A program made the translations under genes and the position numbers. DNA of 64,000 nucleotides from Tubulanus polymorphus. Lineage: Eukaryota > Animalia > Nemertea. Of the stretch, positions 1-12,272 are shown in pieces (the first letter of the stretch is position 1; each line of letters opens with the position of its first letter). The notes beneath the pieces were generated by a model. That model was not told the origin of the DNA, did not search any database, and worked only from the letters and a program-made list of their open reading frames with translations. The DNA is taken from assembly GCF_964204645.1 (NCBI RefSeq), contig NC_134027.1:9828485-9892484 (forward strand), in the 5' to 3' direction.

Positions 1-325
1 TGTTTCACAGATGCTGCCATTCCATAGAGATGCTTACTTAATACAGGGTGGCCACTTACTGGCAAAACCGGGAATTTTCTTTTCTTCTGCGGATAGTCTT
101 TTTGTAATCAAGAATTTTGTAAAAAAAAAAGCTTATAAAGTGAGGGAAATTTGGTCGGTGTATGAAAATTTGCACCACCATTCCATTTCATTCATTATCT
201 CTTGCTCGGGGTGGCAAAACGTATGAATAAATTGTTATATATCATACATATTGTATGTACATAATAGTTGATAATTCTTTATCGATGAAATAAACATTAC
301 ATTATATGTCTATTGTATTTTTCAG

Positions 326-409
326 TGGTATATACAAACGTCGTGCGCGTCGAACGGCGAAGGATTATACGAAGGATTAGATTGGCTATCGCAAGAACTC
401 AGTAAATAA
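326..409 (+). CDS. ARF4: Last coding exon of an ADP-ribosylation factor, class II (ARF4/5-like); upstream exons lie before the window
   Basis: After acceptor ttttcag, reads [27 protein letters not shown], the ARF C-terminal signature. The ELSK ending resembles class II ARFs. AATAAA at 1731 and 1754. Confidence 0.88.
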   Translation, partial: WYIQTSCASNGEGLYEGLDWLSQELSK

Positions 410-2392
410 TCCGAGTCGAGCGCATTTAGGAGCGAACTTTAAAAAAAAGTAACGGAACGATAATATACCGATAATGTAGACACGTTTTCATCAGTTGCCG
501 ATTCACGAGTCGGGAAGCCGACCGTCGAACGTCGGCGTGAAGTGTGTACGTGAATTTTCGTCTGCTACGCGCTCTCGTGAATTGTCAACTGTGTGCGGTA
601 GACGCCAACCGAATCTTCCTCACGGATCGAGCCTGCTCAACGCAGTTTATTGAACAACAACTTTGTCCGGGTGCAGTACTGGTTTCGTCGAATTTAGACG
701 AGGCGCGTATAAAATAATACTGTGTAGATTATTGACTGCCTCATTTGCTTCATTGCGGTTGTTAACAGTAGATTATGCATCAGTTTGAGATCATATCTCT
801 CAAGCTTACAAGCATTAGTAGTAATTTATTTAATACGGTGAACAAATGAGGGTATTTGTCAGTCTGATCATTTTATCGAAAAATGAACAGATCATTTTAT
901 CAAAAATGAAATTGGTTCTAACACAATTTTGACGTTTGCTGCCAGTATCGTTTCTAAAGGTCGGTCATGACCTACGCTAGTTGGTATGGATTTGTTCTAT
1001 TTTGAGGATGGTTTAACGCATCGTGTTTGTTACAGGTAGCAAAAATCCTCAAAATGAATGAATCTGATAGGTTTATCTCAACATATGAATAAAGAAAGTA
1101 TCATTCCTTCAGGTCCTGTAGTATGACTAGAGGCAGTCTAACATATTCCAGTTTATACGTACGTACTCTTCCATTTTGTGATGTTCCTACTTCTGTGAGT
1201 GTACAGAGACCTCGCATTCATCTATATTTGTTGAGAGTATGGACTTTTTCTGGTAGAAGTAAGGCAATTAATTGCATAGGATACAGTATGTAAATCAAAT
1301 TAAAAGTTGGCTTTGAGTTTCGGTGAGGAAAATCTTGTAAATAAATCGTCTTATTTTACGGTGCATTTTATGTGTTTATTACGACGCAAATATTCAAAAC
1401 AACTTGAATATAACACTCCAGATTGCTATTGGTATGATTCTTTTGGTAACCACTCTCCTGTATACTCGAATAACTTACTTGAAAATCAGTTTTTTTAAAT
1501 TGCTGACACATAAAACTTTTTTTGGGATCTTGCTACAACCTGTCTTGTTCGAGATATTTTCTCTTTAGAAATACTGCGGTTCTATTTTCTATTTTTTTTC
1601 TCATTGTTTGGTCAGTTGGGTGTTAGACGGTTAATTTATTTCTCCATCTGCTGCGTATGTTATAATATATAAAAAAAGTCCTGAATGAAAACAGCATGTA
1701 ATTGTACATTGTATTTATCTAAATATGTGAAATAAATTTTCAGTAAATGAATTAATAAACTTGTCTCTTCGTGTCATACTGGTATAATCTTCGCCCAAAC
1801 CACTGCACGGGAGTGAGTAGAAGACAGAGTGCTAGCGTCTTTGTCATTTTGCAAGGCATTAAATACCGTCTTTAACACCCATTGTGCAGAAAGATGTGAC
1901 TGCAACACCGAGCTACCAATTTTCCCCGATTTTCAGGTGCAGTCCCTGAAAATGCCTCTCTGTCCCTGGTATTTTTCTTGATGCTATTGAAAATCTAATG
2001 CTGTCCGAGGAACAATTTTCTACTGTCACTACAAATTATTCAAATTCTTCACTATTCCATTGTCTTTTGCTGATATGGTAATGTCTGCTGCGGTACTTGT
2101 CAATTCTTACTGTAATACAAGTACTTGAGATTCCTGTATTATCTCTATCAAGACTTAATGTTTACTATCAGCTTCATATAGGAAGCCTCTCATAAAATTC
2201 TTCAGTATTTGGTTACATTCAAACTGCTAGGGGGTAAGATATCCACCTTATTTTTCAGAAACGGCTCCTTTTTCATTAAATGTATGGAATCGCATTTCTG
2301 GCTCGTTACATTTTGTTCTATGAAGTAATCGACATCAACACAGAATTTCTCATATAAAAATGCAGTCGGTTTATTTAAAAATCTATTACTTT

Positions 2393-5300
2393 TCAAGTGG
2401 TATTCAATGTAGCTTGATAGGCAGCAGATGTATCGGTGCGTAGTACTTCTCGAATGGTCATAGTTGCGTACGTCGATGATGGTAAGGAGAATTCCATCAT
2501 TAATGCTTTATATTTACCTCCTGAAACATAACGAATGTAATTACAATGAATGGTAAATGATAAGCAAATAAGGAGAAGTAATTCTTTTCAGGGACACTTC
2601 ATTCATTTTCGATACGACTGAAGATGGTATACTCATTGACTATTATCAGAGGCAGTTGGCAGCTCAGTATAGCCATATTTAACAATGCTACACTCAGAAA
2701 GTGATGGCTGGTGGTTCATAAAATAGGTGCCTGTTACAGTGTCTCACTAATTTCATCATCATATTTGATTAATCATTTTAGACAATCCTCTTGCCACATA
2801 AAAATCTTATCTTATAACTTAGTGAAACCAGGAGAACTGGATGGGCAGTACTCAAACATTGAACCTTCCGGTAACACACTACCTATAAGCCTGGTGTTCG
2901 GGTGTAGTACAGTAGTTTAGCATAGTATGACTTACCTTCGACTGATACTGGTTCTGTTTCTTCATTTAAACGATCGATGTCGCTGAGGACTAGGGGGTGC
3001 GCTACATCATCGTAAGCGAACATTTTCCACGACAAATTACTAGGTTTCACCATCATGAACCTATACGACCCGGACAGTGAATAATCTCTGAAATATGAAA
3101 CAAATTCTCGTGCAAATGTATACGATAATGTTGTTTGGCTTCGGAGCAATTTGGAAAAGTAAACTTAAATCAGTTCACTGTTTTGAAAAATAACCTACTC
3201 ACTTGACTTTATGTTTTAGAGTATTGATGTTTAATTCATCCTTCTCAAACAATTCTTCATACCAGCTTTTGACTGTGAAAGAAATAGGTAAGATATATTG
3301 CGTATGCCGATATGTTACTTTACTTCCAGTATATAGCTTGCATTTAGGATATAACAACTATGTGAACTCCAACAATGTACAATAATCTTGAATGACATAA
3401 TGATGAAAATGAACTTATCATTATTAACAAACGAACCATTATCTGGGTAAATGACATCAAATCCTGGCAAAGGTAATACCACGTTATGTATCGTATACTG
3501 CTCCAGGTTCTCCTTAGTCACGACGACCGGTTCCGGTTTCTCTTTCCGCGCGGGATCATTTCCGATTTCCATAGCAACCGGTAAGACTAGATCGCCGACG
3601 GCTAGCCGAAGTCCGTGTTCGCGAATTCTCCGAGAAACGACATTATTCCATACGTAACTCTGGTAACTGTGCACGTACATGGTTCTCGTGTTACGCGGAA
3701 TCTAAAAAATACAATAAATCCTCAGTAGATAGTTGAGTTGAAATAGATGGAAATATATAAAATGACGAATGAAATTCTTCCGTAATGTTCAATCATTTTG
3801 TATTAACTCTCGTGTTCAATAGAATGTTTTCGGGTTTACATATACCATCCCTTCTAAAGACAAATCAATACTGATACAAACAGTTATAAGTTCATATACA
3901 TATCCAACCTCACAAGACAATGGTTCAAGCATCTTCAAAATTTCCCATGAATATTCGAATTGTCATCTGTCATGATGACAGATGAAAAAAGCGAAAGCAA
4001 ATAGCTTGCTGGGACTTACTAATATTAATATTCGACATCTATGCGATGTCTCTAATATATATGAATTATACATCTTTAAGTAATATATTTTTACATCAAT
4101 ACACAGCATCCGAGACACCTGATGTCTTGATACATACATACCATTGATAATGCATGCACCAAATCATTCTTCTCATATTTACACAACCCCGACAATAAAT
4201 GGCTCTCCACGCACGTCAGTCGTCCCAATTTATTCAGAGCAGACTCCGCATTTTTCGTCGCTGTCCACTCTTCGCGGCACGCTATGAGGTCACGATGTTC
4301 TCCTGAAATGACATGCATTTTCTCAATGATTTCAAATAGACAAGAATTCGGTATCAAAAAGAAATCGCACGCACGCACAGAGATTATTAAGCAATGCTGT
4401 AACATAGATTAACCATACCGGTAAACTTGAATCATTTACCTGTGTCACCTCTAGCTGTCAATATCAAATCTATAGCTTTAGACCAATCACTGTGCAGCAA
4501 GGCTCTGTTTAAACAAATCGATAAGATAAGCTCAAAATTATCGAAGCCATGAGAAACTGAGGTTTGATGGCTAAACCATGGAATATTTTTGTGGCACAAC
4601 TAAGGACAATAACCGAGAAGATTTTCAAACCAGGATATCAGCGCATAGATTATTACTAGTTATGCACTATAAAAGAAATAAATCATTATTACTATCATCA
4701 TTATATCACCAAATAGGATCAGAGAACTGAACTCATTGTGGTGTCAATTGGAAAGAGTAGCTAACAAACAGTGACTAAGAGAAGATAAACTTTTTCTCAA
4801 CACGCAGCAGTATTACCTTCCAACATGATGAGTTGGTATCGAAGATGTGCCAAATCGCTGCATACCAAAATAATTTATGAATCCATTCTCGGACAATGAC
4901 TTCATAGCTTTGCTTATTTGGTCTTCTTTGCCCGTGCAATTCCTGAAAAAGTAGTATAACAAAAAAATTTATGAATTGTTTAGTACCTTGTTAAATTTTT
5001 TCTATGCAACGTCGTAGAATCGCTCAAACTGAGATTTGCAGTGGTTTGGTAACTGGTGGGTTTGTATCGATGACTGCCGAGTCAATTGTCATCACAAATT
5101 GTTACCTACCTGAGAACAACTGTGAAATGATTACCAGCCAGATCCCCCAGCTGTAGTCTATCTTTCTCATAGCTACGAAGACAATAACACAAATACAACT
5201 ATGTATAGAAATATGGGAAATATGAATCTTCGCAGTAGAAATAAAACAATCTTACAAACCTGAAATTACCCAATTTTATATTGCTGAGCACTTTATTCAG

Positions 5301-7853
5301 GCCAAACAATCTTTCCGGTCTCACCCTGGAAACAGATATTGTGCATACACTATTAATTGCCGTTATGTTAAAATGAATTTGACAGTTCTAATTCCAACCC
5401 TTGTGTTAACCTTACAGTAATCATTGAATGATTATTGAATGATTACTCAAGGGTTAACCAAGATGTTGATTAGCACTTGCAAAAAGCGTCAAAACTTGAT
5501 GAAAACAGATCTTGAAACCAGAAACAAGACTATTTCTGATTTTTTATAGAAACGGCCTGACATGTTGATAGAAACAGCTTGTTTAGAGTAGACAAGAGAC
5601 AATTTGTTATCGAATTTCATGGTTCCTACGAACACCTTTTCACTTCCACAAGTCAAATCCTTAAATCCGCATTATTGTGTAACACGGGGTCCCTATCAGA
5701 TCAGTTATTCCTGGATATGATGGGTTTTAGAGGAGCTTTAAAACATTTCACATTTCGAGGAAGTATCTGCATCACTTTCATATTCCGGTGACTGTTAACT
5801 CCTCCTAAATCAGTACTGTTTATCTCAATCTCAATAAACCAATCATTCGGTGGTTTTGTAAGCAAATATTCATCCTTAACACTACCTCGGTTGGCAAGTC
5901 GAGTAAAAACATATTCTGGTAATGACTGTATTGATTTAGGCACAGTTGTATACTGTACATCTACTAACTAGACAAAAATTTCGAATTGCATATTTATCAA
6001 AATTGAAAGTTTTAAAGGAGTTTAGCGCATTTTGCTAAAATAAAAGCAGTTTCAAGAGCACCTTTAAGAGTACTTTCTTTTAAGAGTTTCTAAGGAATCA
6101 AGGAGTCGTAGGGACCATTTTGCTCAGTACCTTTTTGCTGATATTTTCTGCACAGTCTTTCCGCGTTTGTCTTTAGTTCCGGCGTATTGAAATACGCCCG
6201 GTTTCATTCGTAGACAACTAGCAATAGCACCTACAGCGTTCATCGTGTCACGGTTCTCTTTATACATGACGAAATGACAGTATTCGCCTTTATCTTTTGG
6301 CCAATTGTTGCTACGACTTGTATCTAGACGAGAGGTTGAAAAAGACACAAATTGAAAACTTCTTTCAAAACGATTTCTTTTAAAGCGTGGTCTTTTATGA
6401 TAATCTCCATAAGATGTTATGATACAATGTCAGTGAAATTTACAAAAGATTTTCCATTTTATGAACTTTTTTTTCAAACGACATCATGCTTGTTTGTTTT
6501 CATGCGGTAAATACCTTTGCCAACTTTAACTTGAATGTATTTAATTCCATCGATGGTTTCTGTGGAGCTTCGTAACCCTGAATACGTTTGACTTATCGTT
6601 TTATGAATGCGCGTTCGAGCTTCTTTATCTTCTCCGACCTACGCAACAAAATATGATTCATTTGCATACAATTGCTCTTGAAGTTGAGTACCATAGGCCT
6701 AAATCCATTTTTTGAAATTTGACCTTGCCCCACACACACCTTGATTAACACGTTTGCGGTAAGATCTTTTTCCTCCTCCAAATGTTTTAAACTTTCCAAC
6801 TGTTCATCGGTAAGATCACTACTTACAACTTTGTCCGTCTGCAATTGAAGAACAAATTCATTCAAATCATTTCAAATTGGTATTACATTGATTTGCAATT
6901 GATTACAGTGATTAGCACGAACGTATAAGGCTAGTCGCTTACGACATTTGCATATCTAAGGCAACTTGTGGGACTTAGCTTACTTACTAACCTCTGGTAT
7001 TGGCTTAGACAAATTCGTTAAATGTGTGACTTCACCATTCAAGGCGATTTCATTGACAAGGAAATCTGAAAATCTGAAATAAACCACAAAAATATGCTTC
7101 AGACACTTCCAGATTGTGGTAGCTTCGTCAAATCATCCCATGAAAATATTAGTTACACTCCGTCCCCTTGTATAGAATAGGCCTACAATAGAATATATGA
7201 GAAGATTCTCAGGCGCGTTGGAAGCCATTTTTGATTGCTGCGGCCAATTACCGAATCTTTATAGGTGCTGATATATTTCTGCGGCAAATTTACTAAAAAA
7301 ATTGCTCAAAAACATGGTGTTCAAAGAAAAGAAAAAAATGTCAATCAGTAAATTATTGCCGCGGCTCTTGCCGCCGCAGTCGCGCCACTTCCAACGCCAC
7401 TGATTTTGTTGATTATTAGCTGTAGTCAGTAACCTGACTGTGGTTTATTTTCACGATCAGATATTTTCAAGCATATAATGATCATGTATTCGATCCCATT
7501 ACTGCAAGCGATTAAATGATTAGGTCAACCGGTCACAGACAATATATAAATACCAGGTTCTTTTTTGCATCATCCGACATCATGATGATCGGATCATGTG
7601 ATCTAAAAAAATGCTGGCATGCAAAGCGTCGAAATATTCCTCACCTTTGTTTGATAATTCCTGTAAAACTTTCATGATCGCTAACATATTCGGTTATTCC
7701 TACATCTATCTCCCTTGATCCAGTTCCCACGACGTCGACAACCTTGTCCCTGCTGACCCTCTCGTCGTCGTCATTCTTTTTCAGTTTTTTCTGCGGAGGT
7801 TCAGGAATATTTTGTTTATCTAACTCGGTGTGTACGCTGCCACTGGACTCCAT
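2393..7853 (-). CDS. PUS7: Pseudouridine synthase 7 (TruD family), about 14 exons
   Basis: GT-AG exons at about 7645-7853, 6992-7073, 6740-6839, 6515-6638, 6131-6324, 5281-5326, 5111-5173, 4818-4942, 4440-4505, 4142-4302, 3442-3701, 3203-3282, 2935-3090, 2393-2520. Motifs: [15 protein letters not shown], catalytic [56 protein letters not shown]. Confidence 0.96.
5619..6118. mobile_element. MITE-like element in a PUS7 intron
   Basis: Imperfect TIRs atggttcctacga / tcgtagggaccat. Related termini at 45688-45903 and 47335. Confidence 0.45.
7210..7402. mobile_element. MITE in PUS7 intron 1
   Basis: TIRs caggcgcgttggaag / cttccaacgccactg. Confidence 0.55.
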
Positions 7854-8147
7854 ATCAATTCGGTCCCAGGATTGATTCTAATCTATTAAATCCGTTGGCA
7901 AGAAACTAGTTTAAAGTAGTGTGTCCGTATAATAATGTTTAATTGAATTGAATTCGTTCCACATTGAACGAGCATCGCGCGTACTCTATTATGACCTCCG
8001 AAGTCTCCGTCCGAAATCTCCGGTATGCTCCACACAAAATCCGAATCACACCACCTCGACAGAAAGGAGGTTTCGGAGACTCCAAAAAGTCACGTGACCA
8101 ATAAAAGAGTACGATTGGAGGCAAACGTATGGAATACCTCAAGGGCC

Positions 8148-8306
8148 ATACGACTTACGACTTACATTTTACGACTTACGTTTTACGAGTTACGATTTAC
8201 GTTTTACGAGTTACTTATACATTTCCTTGAATATTCGTAACGACATCCGTTTTATGAGTTACGAATTACAACATAAATACGTTTTACGAATTACGAGTTA
8301 CGATTT
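8148..8306. repeat. Degenerate 7-bp tandem repeat (TTACGAN/TTACGTT) upstream of PUS7
   Basis: ttacgac ttacgtt ttacgag ttacgat ttacgtt ttacgag ... in two blocks. Confidence 0.75.
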
Positions 8307-8553
8307 AAGTGTTGGAGTTTCGGTTCGCAAGAGTTCAAGGACAGTGGCCACGTGGTAGGCATTTCACTGTGTGGGTGTAATTATTAGACGAATAACTGTA
8401 ACGATGATGGATGGTTGTATGCAGCCCAGTGTTTTCAAAAAATAAATACATTTTTTCTAAATTGATGAATCTTGTTCTAATTATTAAAATCATTTCCAGC
8501 TAAGATCTATTGAAATATCGTCTATTAAAATCATCGTGCGCGTAACAACGGGG

Positions 8554-8751
<198 letters not shown>

Positions 8752-9481
8752 ACAAATTCTTTTTAGAGACTTTAGATCTAGACAGGACAGTAACAAGACA
8801 TATCAGTTATAGCACAAACAAAATTGCGAATGACATTTTTACCAATTGAACGAAACACCACTAAAATTCCTAGTCAAGGAGAATAATCTAATGCTATTCG
8901 ATTTTTACATGGGATTTTGTTAATTAGGGTTTTCTGACTTTCGTCGAAAACCCTCTTAAAATTCTGTTGATTATTATTATTATATATTTTCCGCCGATTC
9001 GTCAAATAAAATTCATCTTCATTCAGATTCGGCAACTGACAGCTTCGAAACGAAATGTATAAATTGATACTGTAATAACGGTCTCTCTGAACCAACAGAT
9101 TGTCTGAATGTACTTTCCATCCTATTTGAGACTTAAAATTACTTATTAGGTTACTGTAAATAAATAATTGAATTGAATTGTTAGACAACAAACACCGGCG
9201 AAATAACAGTTTGTGACGTCATTTAGTAAGTAAATAAAGGAGGGCTCCGGGAATTTCCAAATCACGGGGACTATACTGGGGTTAGACCATTCAACCAAAA
9301 AGAGGATTGCTCCGATAATATCCAAATCATCTTATTTTATTTTTTCCATCGAATACCCGGTAATTAATTTTTCCTTTCGATCACAGGCATCCAGAAAACC
9401 CGTTATCGCTGCTTTTCGTTTATGTTTTTGTGAGTGCTGTTATAATAACACATCAAATGCAACTTCTTCTGCGGCATGTTT

Positions 9482-10619
9482 TCATCTGATATAGATTGCC
9501 ATCTGCTCGGCCTTGTGCAAACCCGCGATCGCTGAAATCGACGTTTTGAAAGGTTAAATCTACTTACAAATATATTAAACGTGAGAGGTTTTCGATTGGC
9601 ATTGAATGAACTGAATTAAGGTTAGTGGTGAAAAATGCTTACATGCTATTTTGGAATTTGGTGCGTAATAAAAATTTGGCCTTCCTTTAGCTACGTCGTA
9701 TGCGCAAACGGGCTTTGTGCCCTTATGGACGTCGGCAACTACCATCCACAAACGATCATTTGGACACCCTCCGTAATTACGATTAATGAAAAATCGTCTA
9801 TTCATATTAGGCACAATAACGCTGAAATGTATCAAGATTTAGACGGGTGTTTTATATGACTACAAAGTCCAGACGAAAGCAATCCTATATGGAATAGGTA
9901 AAATATTGACATGAAGATATATAGAAACACATACTTACTGTCCTTCAATTGAAAAATAGTTGGATACTGATTTTTTTGATAAATCGTTCCAGCCACTGCC
10001 TAACAATCGACCCTTGTTGAACCAATTGGTCTTTGAAGAACCCGCACCATTAAATCTTACGTAGGCAACGGTTTTTCCAGCCTTGTAGTACTCTACTTGT
10101 ACCTGGATAGACGTACACTTCATTTGAACTACGTAATCAACAATCAACCAATCACAAATCAACAGAAACGGGCATTGCAACTTGGAACTACTTCCACCAT
10201 AGATGATTAAGATACCTACCTCTTTAACATTCAAATTACCCCATTTATCTACGTCTGGACTCTTCCAAACACAGTTACATTTTATTGTCGGGTCGGTGCC
10301 ACTGGGCGGGCATGGCTTGGAACTGGAAGGTTTCATCCACGTATCATAAACGCCTTTATTAGTGCCTTCACTGGCAACGAACACCAATCTCCAAGGCTCT
10401 TCACCGTAGGTAAACTTGCCAATTTTGGCAAGAGGTTTTACTTCAAACATTAAAATGTATATTTAGCTCTGAATACACAGTTCATTAAAGAAACCCGTTT
10501 ACAATACTAATTTTTTATTCTTACTTACCGCATGATGCTCCTGACACTAAAATTACAAACGAAACGTCAAAAACAAACGTTACTTTCAATGTCGAAAGAT
10601 AGGAACGACAATGCAACAT
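9482..10619 (-). CDS. Probable secreted protein with an uncharacterised invertebrate domain, 5 exons
   Basis: Exons about 10529-10619 (hydrophobic leader ...VFDVSFVILVSGASC), 10220-10441, 9939-10102, 9643-9821, 9482-9531, with compatible phases. Motifs WRLVFVA...VYDTW, VAYVRFNGAGSSKTNWF, NYFSIEGH, RRFFINRNYGGCPNDRLWMVV, KAEQMAIYIR*. The exon 2 acceptor (AAG) is least certain. Confidence 0.8.
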
Positions 10620-10736
10620 GACGCAAATATATAAATCGTATAAAAGTAGAAAGTCTAAATCTATTTAGATAAACATGCCAGCTTTTGCAATAAAACCAAA
10701 TTTATTGTGATAGATCAGCAGCAACTAGTCTAGCCC

Positions 10737-10914
10737 CAATATTGATGACGTAGTGCACATCAACTCGCATGATACCCTAATTGCCATAAAAATGAATTAT
10801 CAAAAAGACATGAAAATTAATTAAAAAGAAAATTAGTCTCGAGATCTATTCGATTGCAAAATAAATGACAATATTCATAATTGGAAACGCCAATATTGAT
10901 GACGTAGTGCACAT
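10737..10914. promoter_or_regulatory. Duplicated 24-bp motif with a CRE/ATF-like TGACGT core upstream of the secreted-protein gene
   Basis: caatattgatgacgtagtgcacat occurs exactly at 10737-10760 and 10891-10914. Confidence 0.45.
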
Positions 10915-12272
10915 TGACTCACACACTACCACTTAAATATCAATAATATTAAAGATTTCTGTAACGGTTTTAATGGCGTGAACCAACCCAACCTCAGTGT
11001 AAGAAATATTTCTGTTGATACTCACCATCAAAACCGACTACCACCAATGCGAAGGTCACAATCACGAAAAACATGATATATCCTGGAATGACGTAGATAT
11101 TTTGATAATAGAATTTACTGAAATTAAAAGACTACTTCTCCTTTTGCATGTTGTTGTTTTAAAAACATTACAGAATATTCAGTTTTATGAAAATTTACGA
11201 ATTATTCCAATAGATGTTCATCTAACTATGTTTTATCTGCCCCGACATTCTAAAAAAATTCAAACTTGCAAAAATCGGTCAATATGAAATTATCGAAAAC
11301 AAGTTTTCAGATTTCGCTCAGAATTTGGCGGTCGATAAAAGATCACATGTCTTACTTTAGTATATTCCTTTACAAAACAGAACTAACTGGCAGGCGATTA
11401 TATAACCCTTCCCGACAAATGTAACAGGTGGATACTGCATTATATTTTGTAATAAATCCGACATTTGAAATAGTTTCAGTTCAATTAAAACAGCCAAGTT
11501 ATTCACATGAATCATCATAAACGTCATTTAGATTCATAAAACCATAAAACTGGAATAGAATATTCTGATATGGCTAAGAGTACATTAAAAAAGATAACAC
11601 CTATTTGAAATTTGGAAAAATAACAGTTCAATTAAAAAATTATCGTCTGAAAATTTTATTTTGATACACTTCTTAACTTGAATGAAATCATTCCAACAAT
11701 TTCCCTGTATAAATCTTTTTTGAATTTTATAGAGTGGTGAGTCGTGTATCCCTCTCTTAGCTTCATCGAAATCATATAGCGACGTTGCAAGTTGAGCATC
11801 AAATTGATTGATATATCATGTTGGCAAAAGAACATTCAACTTCGCACAAATCTTTGCACCCACCAAAAAGAGCTTTACTGAAAAGTTACAGTTTCTTTTT
11901 GTATATTTTTCATATGCTATTCAGACCCCATCATCAAAAGCGGTCCTGCAAAATAATTTTATTTCAGGCACACATAGGTATACTACCTATTTACGGATTT
12001 TGACAGGGCAGTCAGGTGACATAAAAAGTACCGCTCTTGACGTGGCAATTCAAGCAAATTATGCAATTATTTCTAAACAAAACCAGACCAGAGTTCATAT
12101 CATACCATATCACGTTAACGAATATCGGAGAAAGCATTTCTATGGCTATAAGGGTCACCAGAGTTACCATTGGTTATAATCATATAAATACTGCAATTGG
12201 CACAATTTTGATGCCATATGAAGTACGGAGAAGGGGCACTTGTTTACAAAACTGAGCTGATCAACAGACAGA

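Noticed and set aside
11-226. 71-aa ORF following an AG, a possible alternative ARF last exon
   Set aside because: No ARF similarity. It runs into a MITE-like terminus (cagggtggccac at ~44) and lies in the intron before the true last exon.
3963-3985. Small perfect hairpins (tcatctgtca-tga-tgacagatga; also 42462-42484)
   Set aside because: Too short and isolated to assign a function; compatible with chance or repeat debris.
10103-10219. Stop-free in-frame 117-nt intron (likewise DCP1 62270-62386) as regulated intron retention
   Set aside because: With dozens of short introns in the window a few will be open by chance; the encoded peptides look unconserved and interrupt the domain.
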